Assembly: GCA_964016885.1 (NCBI GenBank)
Contig: OZ024742.1
Location: forward strand, 172,484,001 to 172,548,000
Length of the DNA: 64,000 nt
Reading direction: 5' to 3'
Source: Eledone cirrhosa
Taxonomy: Eukaryota
Below the pieces are notes generated by a model. It did no database searches. It was not told the origin of the DNA and was given only the letters and a program-made list of their open reading frames with translations. Each line of letters opens with the position of its first letter. Positions within the stretch are counted from its first letter, which is position 1. This document shows, piece by piece, positions 55,826 through 64,000 of this stretch. Made by a program: the position numbers and the translations under genes.

Positions 55826-56154
55826 CAGAAGCCATAATTAAACTCATAATAACGTCGGAATTAACAATAAGTCACAAAACAATATAAACAACTCACTAGA
55901 GAAAACTGCAAATCCATCGCTTTCAAAACTATAGAAGTTCTTCTGTTGCACATAATTTCCCAGTGCTTGGAAATATATCAGATTGCACTTCAAATATATG
56001 CATATGATACACGTAGACGAACATAATGTACACGCATGTACATATATATACATATTTGCGATTTGGTGTTGAATATAGCGGTTTTGTTCGAATATAACTT
56101 TCTGTAGGTTTTATAGCAGCTTATATTTTGCTATTTAAGCTACACTAATATAGT

Positions 56155-56510
56155 TATCAAATGGAAACTTTACTTATAAAACCATATTTATTTCATTATA
56201 CATATTTCAAAGACACCAAGTTAAATTATGGTGTGATTTCATCAGATAAAATATAATATAGATCAGTTTTATATATAAATATTGACATGCCCTTAAAGAA
56301 TGCAACCATTGCTGTTGGAAGCTTCCGGATACTATCCGGGAGATTCCAACAGCAATGGTTGCATTCTTTAAGGGCATGTCGATATTTATTTATAAAACTA
56401 ATCTATATTATATTTTATCTGATGAAAGCACACCATAATTTAACTTGGTGTCCTTGAAATATATATAATGAAATAAATATGGTTTTATAAATATAGTTTC
56501 TATTTGTTAA
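56155..56510. repeat. Hammerhead-bearing palindrome
   Basis: Centre near 56330; TTTTAT-CTGATGA-AAGcACACCA..TGGTGTcCTT-GAAA TATA TATA-ATGAAA at 56413-56473. Confidence 0.85.
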
Positions 56511-56737
56511 TATCGTATTTTTACTCCAAATTTTGTTGAGTGCTTTATATCAATTATAAAAATATTTGCTTGTTGTATCCCAACAATTTAAATAGAACTT
56601 ATACATATATATATATATATATATGACTGGTGAACATTTGATTTTCTAGAACGTGCAAAATATTGATCAATAAAGTAGACTGAGTACATTTCATTAGATG
56701 CAGAAGCTTCTTCAAACTTCACAAATGCCCTCTGCCA

Positions 56738-56919
56738 CGGATTGGCAGTATCGGTAGAGGTTCGGACGCCATGCTTTGACGCATAGAGTTACGGCCCTTG
56801 CCATTCTGAGTTCAAATCCCGCCGAGGTTAACTTTGCCTTTCATCCTTACGGGGTCGATAAAATAAAGTACCAGTAATGTACTGGGTAATTTTCTGGCCT
56901 TGTGCCAATAGTAGAAACA

Positions 56920-56922
<3 letters not shown>
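56738..56922 (+). mobile_element. tRNA-derived SINE, complete-looking copy
   Basis: GGATTGGCAGTATCGGTAGAG...GAGTTCAAATCCCG...GTAGAAACAATTA then (TA)n. Confidence 0.85.
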
Positions 56923-56964
<42 letters not shown>

Positions 56965-56972
56965 ATGCGTGT

Positions 56973-57003
<31 letters not shown>

Positions 57004-57349
57004 CGTGCATGTGTGTGTGTGCGTGCGCGCATGTGCGTATGTGTGTGCGCGTATGTGTGTGTTCGTATGTGTGTGCAACGACTCTTATGTATACATTGCG
57101 TCAGCAATTTATTACAAAACGTGGAGAAAATTAGTTTTGCTGTGAGACGGAAAAACTGTCAGTAAACAGCAGAAATGGAATCAGAAACTATATTGCTGAC
57201 TTAACAATGTCAAGACCTGGCGTATATGTAAAGTGAATATGGAAAAAAGGCAAGTTTGAAACCTCTATAGAAGTTAAATAACTGAGAATATGGGAGATTT
57301 CTAAAAGCTATATAATGATATTTTATGATTTAAAATATATATATAAATG

Positions 57350-57877
57350 TAATCTGAGTTTTTCGAATATTGATAATAAAATTCGAATCGTTTGCAATTA
57401 CGCAAACAAGCCTCATTTTTAAAACCATGTCAGTAGAATGAACTCTTCATTCTTGCTGTTATGTTGGCACTTGAACAGAACTGCAGACACTAATGTTTCT
57501 GCGTATCACCCTTCATCAGTACAGCTAACTGTTCACCTGCCTAACTGTCAGATTTAGTGAACATATATGCTATTATCAAAAATACACAGTGACTGATCGG
57601 CTTGATTTGATTATTATCAGACTGGCCGATCAGTCACTGTGTACTTTTGAAAATAGCATATATTTTCACTAACTCTTACAGTTAGGCAGGTGAACAGTGG
57701 AGCGGTACTGATCACGGGTGATACCCAGAAACATTAGTGTCTGAAGTTCTGTACACATGCCAAAATAAGAGCATGCATGAAGGGTTCATTCTACTAACAT
57801 GGGTATAAAATTGAGGCTTGTTTGCGTAATTGCAAACGAATCGAATTTTATTATTAATATTCAAAAAACTCAGATTA
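57350..57877. repeat. Hammerhead-bearing palindrome, about 250-bp arms
   Basis: Centre near 57613; minus 57481-57524 CTGTA-CTGATGA-agggtgatacgca-GAAAC attagt GTC-TGCAG; copy at 57703-57746 (+). Confidence 0.85.
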
Positions 57878-57915
57878 GATTTATTGTATTCAGCCATGTA
57901 GAACGAAGATTTTCT

Positions 57916-57953
<38 letters not shown>

Positions 57954-58508
57954 CGTTTCTGAATTTGTTTAGCAAGATTCTTTATCTGAAATCGTGTGTT
58001 GAAACCGATATTGTTATACTTTGGGAGGGTCATGTTGCCAATAAGAAACACACGCACCAGTTGCTTTCACTTCAATTTAATTTATTAAATATTTATAAAT
58101 TTACAAATTTATAAATTTCTGGTTGGTTGGTTGGTTCCACAACCAGATAGTTGTTTATATATATATAGTCATAGTTCTTTCGTCACACACTCTGTGACCT
58201 CTTGAGTGACTGGGGATTTCTTTCTTCGTTTCTGTGCCTTTCCTTTCTTCTATCCTACGCCATTTTGTTTGTGTGTGGGTTGCGTGCTCAGTTTGCGCAT
58301 GCGCCACATCCGGGTGTCTGTGTGTGTTTGTGTTCATTTTTCTATTTTTCTATTTATATTTTTCTATTTGTTTGTTTATTTATTGTTGGTTGGTTGTTTG
58401 TTCTATGTGTGTGTGTGTTTTCATTTTGTCTTGTGTGTGTTTTCATTTTGTGTGTGTTTTCAATTGTAAGTTGTTTGTTCTATGTGTGTGTGTGTTTTCA
58501 TTTTGTCC

Positions 58509-61417
58509 TTAATTGTAAGTTGTGATGTTGCTGTTCCACTCATATTTTCTATTTAATTTTGGTTTTAATTCTTTTATGCTTACTGCCTCTGTAATTTGCC
58601 TAAACATTTCGTCTTTCTTGTGAGTGGATTCTATTTTTATTTCTATGCTCTCTAATTTACCCCTGTGTTCTATCTTAGCATGTTGGTAGAGCACAGATGA
58701 TTCTTTACTATCTTGGAGGTCTCGCCAGTGTTCATTTATTCGTTCCCCTATACTACGAGCTGTCTCACCTATGTACACTACATTTTTGTTTCTACATTGT
58801 CCTTCAGTACATCTTATGCTATATACTACATTTCTAGTTTTACAGTTAATATGGGGGCTTATTTTACAGGTTATACATTTCTTATCTATACATGAGGGTC
58901 TTTGGAACGGGTATGTCTTGCTAATAAGTGTTTTTACGGAGGTACCAGGTCTTTCTACTATCTTAATATTGAGATTATGTTTCTTTAGGGCCCTTCTAAA
59001 TTTGTAGGCTAGTTCGCCTCTAGGGGTTGTATTGATGAACATTACACTCTGGTATTTATTGCTATCATACCATGAGTTTATTCTATTGGCCTTGTTCTTA
59101 GTTCTTTCTATTCTATTCCAAAATTTGCTCCTATACAAGGGGCAGGTCCCATTTATGTCATTATTTACCATTTTTTCCCATTTGGTTCTGGCTCCTTTAT
59201 ACACTCTGATTCTATCTCTCTGATTGTAGCCAGAGAACTGCATACGGTGGATGAAGTGTTGTATGTGTCTCTCTAGTTCTTCGGGGTTGCACATGCGGGA
59301 CACATTTCTCATCACCCGTACCAAATCCGCAATCAGTATGTTGATTTTGGTATGGTCCGAAATGGCCGAGTTTCGGTGGATCAGATGTTTGGAAGTCATG
59401 GGTTTGGCATAATGGGAATGGAGGATTTGTTTTTGGTTGTTAATAGTATCTAACCAGAGCTCTGTGTCTAGTACAGGTAATCGATGGTTGGGGTGTCTAC
59501 TTGGGTAGTCTATAGTAACTCTAATGCTCTGGTGGATGGAGTCTGCTATTTGCTGGATGCTTTCCATTGTGTTTTTCTCTAGTTCCTGACTGTTCTTTAG
59601 TGGGGGTGTCTTAACTACGATGTTTATATCATCTACGTAGCGGGAGTACATTATCAGGGTTAAGCTGTCTTCTAATTGTTCATTAAGTTTTTGTTTAAGT
59701 CTACTGTCCCACCATACCATGAATAAGTTAGCTATGTCGCCTGCAATGCTAACACCAATGGCTGCTCCTTCCTCTTGGGCATATGTTTTACCATTAAATT
59801 TGAACATATGTTCCTTAAGGGTTAATTTTATGCTGGCCCCTACCGCATGTGCAATCATTTTCTTCAGTTCATCGTGTTTTCGGGTGTCCGTATGGCTCTG
59901 GTCCACCCGTTCCATCTATCTGTGTGGGTTTTCTTGGCCATTGAGGTAATGGTAGGTGGTCGCCTCTTGCTGGTCTTGTAGGGCACAGGTTGCTAGGGTC
60001 ATAAGTGTCTAGGTAACTATTACTATGGGTAAGCTTAAGTAGAAATCCCAGCTCACTGGTATCAATCCCACGGAACTCAACCTTGCTCTCGCTGATCATT
60101 TCGACGCATTTCTCCACAGCAAAATCCACGTCAATAGATGGATACAGGGACACAACATCCATACTGCCTATTATGCAGTTTGTTAGGTCCCCAGATCGGT
60201 TACCCGCGCCGATTCTGCTGAGGAGGTCCTCCGTGCTGTCACACACATCTGGGGACATCTCAATGATGGGGCGTATGATCAGGGAGAGGAAGTAGGACAG
60301 TCTGTAGTTACTAGCAATGTTAGCCCCACAGACTGGCCGTGTTGGTGGTCCCGCGACAGGGTCCCAGCCCGTTTTATGGTCTTTACGAAGCCCATACAAC
60401 GCCGGCACGTCATTGTTCCAGGCCTGGAAGTTGTTGGCAGTCCTTTTGTTGGGCTGCATTATATTTGTCCACATCACCATATGGGCATTGAGGGTTTTTT
60501 CTCTATCCTCATGCTCCTGTGGTGTTACCTCTCTTGTGTTAGTGATGTGGGGTTGCATTGCCTGGATGTAGTTTGGCAGGCTGTCAACCGACATTCTGCC
60601 AGTCTTGTCTGTTGGAAAGCATGCTATCTCTCCATTACGCGAGCGCTGCATGAGCTTACGCAAGCCATTTGCAGATTCTTCTCCCAGTTGCTGGGCCTCT
60701 ATTCTATTATGCTTCTTGCTATACTGTTCTATAATATTTCTAAGTTCGGATTTAGCTATACTAAATTGTGCCTCTGTTTGTTCATCGACCTGCGACGGCA
60801 ACTGCGTGCGTTTGTTAAATGGCAAAGTCGTGGCGTGGACTCGTCGTAGGTCGAATGATTTATCGGAGGGGTTATAAAACGGAGAGTTCCAGGATGCTGC
60901 TTTATGTGTACTAGTGCTATTGTTACTGTTAGTTGTGTTGTTTCTATTTCCACCAACAGCAGCAGCCTCAGCTTCATGGTTGTTTCTATGTCTCTCATAA
61001 TTACTCCTGTCTCTTTCCACTGGCTCAATGTTGTTATCTACCCTATTTTGTGTGTCTGTGTGTTCGTCTCGGTTATTCTCTTTGTCCTTAGTCTCCCATC
61101 TCCTTTTCCTTTTCCTTTTAATCCTATTACTTTCTCTTATTTCTCTGATTTCTGTGCTACTGTCATTACTTGTTTTCTGTGTCTGTGTGTTTGTTAAGAT
61201 TGTGGTGGTGGTGAGAGGCATTGAATGCGTGTGTGTTGTTGTTGTTGATGTGTGTTGTTGTTGATGTGTGTTGTTGTTGTCTCCGTGTGTGTGTGTGTTA
61301 TCGTTGTTGTGTGTGTTGTTATTGTTGTTTGTGTTTGCGTGTCTGTTGTTGTTGTATCTGGGTATGTTGCTATTGTTGTTGTTGTTGATGTGTGTGTTGT
61401 TGTTATTATTGTCTCCG
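58509..61417 (-). pseudogene. 5'-truncated RT + GIY-YIG ORF with frameshifts
   Basis: PTDKTG, GSMDVVSLYPSI, YVDD, NVVYSIRC..YIGETAR; alignment to element 1 implies 1-nt deletions near 59961 and 59874. Confidence 0.85.
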
Positions 61418-61429
61418 TTTCGTAAATGA

Positions 61430-63081
61430 TTTACGAAACTACGCTGGAGCATCAACAACAAAAACAAAAGCAACAATATACGCACACACATATACAACAC
61501 ACATCCCAACAACAACAGACACACAGACACAAACAACAATAACAACAACAATAGCAACATACCCAGATACAACAACAACAATAGCAACATACCCAGATAC
61601 AACAGACACGCAGACACAAACAACAATAACAACACACACGGAGACAATAATAACAACAACACACACATCAACAACAACAACAATAGCAACATACCCAGAT
61701 ACAACAACAACAGACACGCAAACACAAACAACAATAACAACACACACAACAACGATAACACACACACACACGGAGACAACAACAACACAAATTTAATGGT
61801 AAAACATATGCCCAAGAGGAAGGAGCAGCCATTGGTGTTAGCATTGCAGGCGACATAGCTAACTTATTCATGGTATGGTGGGACAGTAGACTTAAACAAA
61901 AACTTAATGAACAATTAGAAGACAGATTAACCCTGATAATGTACTCCCGCTACGTAGATGATATAAACGTCGTAGTTAAGACACCCCCACTAAAGAACAG
62001 TCAGGAACTAGAGAAAAACACAATGGAAAGCATCCAGCAAATAGCAAACTCCATCCACCAGAGCATTAGAGTTACTATAGACTACCCAAGTAGACACCCC
62101 AACCATCAATTACGTGTACTAGACACAGAGCTCTGGTTAGATACTATTAACAACCAAAAACAAATCCTCCATTCCCATTATGCCAAACCCATGACTTCCA
62201 AACATCTGATCCACCGAAACTCGGCCATTTCGGACCATACCAAAATCAACATACTGATTGCGGATTTGGTACGGGTGATGAGAAATGTGTCCCGCATGTG
62301 CAACCCCGAAGAACTAGAGAGACACATACAACACTTCATCCACCGTATGCAGTTCTCTGGCTACAATCAGAGAGATAGAATCAGAGTGTATAAAGGAGCC
62401 AGAACCAAATGGGAAAAAATGGTAAATAATGACATAAATGGGACCTGCCTCTTGTATAGGAGCAAATTTTGGAATAGAATAGAAAGAACTAAGAACAAGG
62501 CCAATAGAATAAACTCATGGTATGATAGCAATAAATACCAGAGTGTAATGTTCATCAATACAACACCTAGAGGCGAACTAGCCTACAAATTTAGAAGGGC
62601 CCTAAAGAAACATAATCTCAATATTAAGATAGTAGAAAGACCTGGTACCTCCGTAAAAACACTTATTAGAAAGACATACCCGTTCCAAAGACCCTCATGT
62701 ATAGATAAGAAATGTATAACCTGTAAAATAAGCCCCCATATTAACTGTAAAACTAGAAATGTAGTATATAGCATAAGATGTACTGAAGGACAATGTAGAA
62801 ACAAAAATGTAGTGTACATAGGTGAGACAGCTCGTAGTATAGGGGAACGAATAAATGAACACTGGCGAGACCTCCAAGATAGTAAAGAATCATCTGTGCT
62901 CTACCAACATGCTAAGATAGAACACAGGGGTAAATTAGAGAGCATAGAAATAAAAATAGAATCCACACACAAGAAAGACGCAATGTTTAGGCTAATTACA
63001 GAGGCAGTAAGCATAAAAGAATTAAAACCAAAATTAAATAGAAAATATGAGTGGAACAGCAACATCACAACTTACAATTAA
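61430..63081 (+). pseudogene. Internally deleted PLE ORF (Asn-rich region joined to RT motif B', then GIY-YIG)
   Basis: Starts FTKLRW (cf. FTKIRW in element 1), Asn-rich repeats to about 61788, then jumps to KFNGKTYAQEEGAAIG. Confidence 0.85.
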
Positions 63082-63384
63082 GGACAAAATGAAAACACAC
63101 ACACACATAGAACAAACAACTTACAATTGAAAACACACACAAAATGAAAACACACACAAGACAAAATGAAAACACACACACATAGAACAAACAACCAACC
63201 AACAATAAATAAATAAATAAACAAACAAATAGAAAAATATAAATAGAAAAATAGAAAAATGAACACAAACACACACAGACACCCGGATGTGGCGCATGCG
63301 CAAACTGAGCACGCAACCCACACACAAACAAAATGGCGTAGGATAGAAGAAAGGAAAGGCACAGAAACGAAGAAAGAAATCCCC

Positions 63385-63429
63385 AGTCACTCAAGAGGTC
63401 ACAGAGTGTGTGACGAAAGAACTATGACT
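63385..63429 (+). ncRNA. Hammerhead-like motif in pLTR with CUCAAGA core (mirror copy at about 58167-58211, minus)
   Basis: AGTCA-CTCAAGA-g GTCACA gagtg TGTGAC-GAAAG aa CTA-TGACT; all stems formed but core G5 replaced by C. Confidence 0.55.
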
Positions 63430-63580
63430 ATATATATATAAACAACTATCTGGTTGTGGAACCAACCAACCAACCAGAAATTTATAAATTTGTAAATTTA
63501 TAAATATTTAATAAATTAAATTGAAGTGAAAGCAACTGGTGCGTGTGTTTCTTATTGGCAACATGACCCTCCCAAAGTAT

Positions 63581-63621
<41 letters not shown>

Positions 63622-63626
<5 letters not shown>

Positions 63627-63875
63627 ATAATAATAAATTTGAAGACTAAAATCCAAAGAGGGTTCGATAAGGATAAATATATATAAAATATATAAGAACC
63701 GTAGGTCAAATATTCATTAAAATAACAGATTAAAGTTTAAGCAAAGAATCGGTGCTTTTACCATTAACGGGATCTTCTGAAACTAACAGATTGACTTTGT
63801 TAATTTCAGAAGATCCCGTTAAGGGTGAAAGAAGCGATTTTTGCTTAAACTTTAATCTGTTATTTTAATAAATAT
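63622..63875. repeat. Solo fold-back pLTR of the 22330-24627 PLE family in (TA)n
   Basis: Matches 22330-22490; 63713-63787 inversely repeated at about 63798-63875. Confidence 0.8.
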
Positions 63876-63881
63876 ATATAT

Positions 63882-63967
<86 letters not shown>

Positions 63968-63969
<2 letters not shown>

Positions 63970-64000
63970 TTCGTTTCTGAATTTGTTTAGCAAGATTCTT
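63968..64000 (-). mobile_element. 3' tail of another copy of the second Naiad-like PLE (runs off window)
   Basis: Identical to 57951-57983. Confidence 0.8.

Larger units (their letters stand above)
57951..63587. mobile_element. Head-to-head dimer of a second Naiad-like PLE family, both 3' tails in (TA)n
   Basis: Minus copy 57951-61417, plus copy 61430-63587; the arms share about 1.8 kb of near-identical sequence; both tails re-enter MTLPKYNN; proteins clearly homologous to 2537-6166. Confidence 0.9.

Noticed and set aside
59869-61815. 648-aa ORF with hydrophobic Leu/Cys-rich N-terminus suggesting a membrane-anchored RT
   Set aside because: The N-terminus is the antisense of the Asn-rich tract read across the inversion junction at about 61428.

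Overview
AT-rich, microsatellite-laden eukaryotic DNA with no host gene that I can support. The dispersed tRNA-derived SINE resembles repeats I recall from octopod cephalopods (not checked). The window is a patchwork of transposable elements sitting in (TA)n and (TAA)n tracts. It holds an intact 1209-aa Penelope-like element (RT + GIY-YIG, Naiad-like, Asn-rich insert) with near-identical pseudo-LTRs, and a related head-to-head Penelope-like dimer. It also holds an intact R4/Dong-type RLE LINE, fragments of other PLE, RTE, CRE-like, L1/Tx1-like and Tc1 elements, a non-autonomous Helitron and many SINE copies. The main unexplained pattern is about 20 long inverted duplications, many carrying minimal hammerhead-ribozyme motifs (three families with a CCGA instead of CUGA core). 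The youngest PLE insertion appears to have copied its own flanking DNA as a perfect fold-back across the (TA)n target, which suggests a mechanism for making these palindromes.
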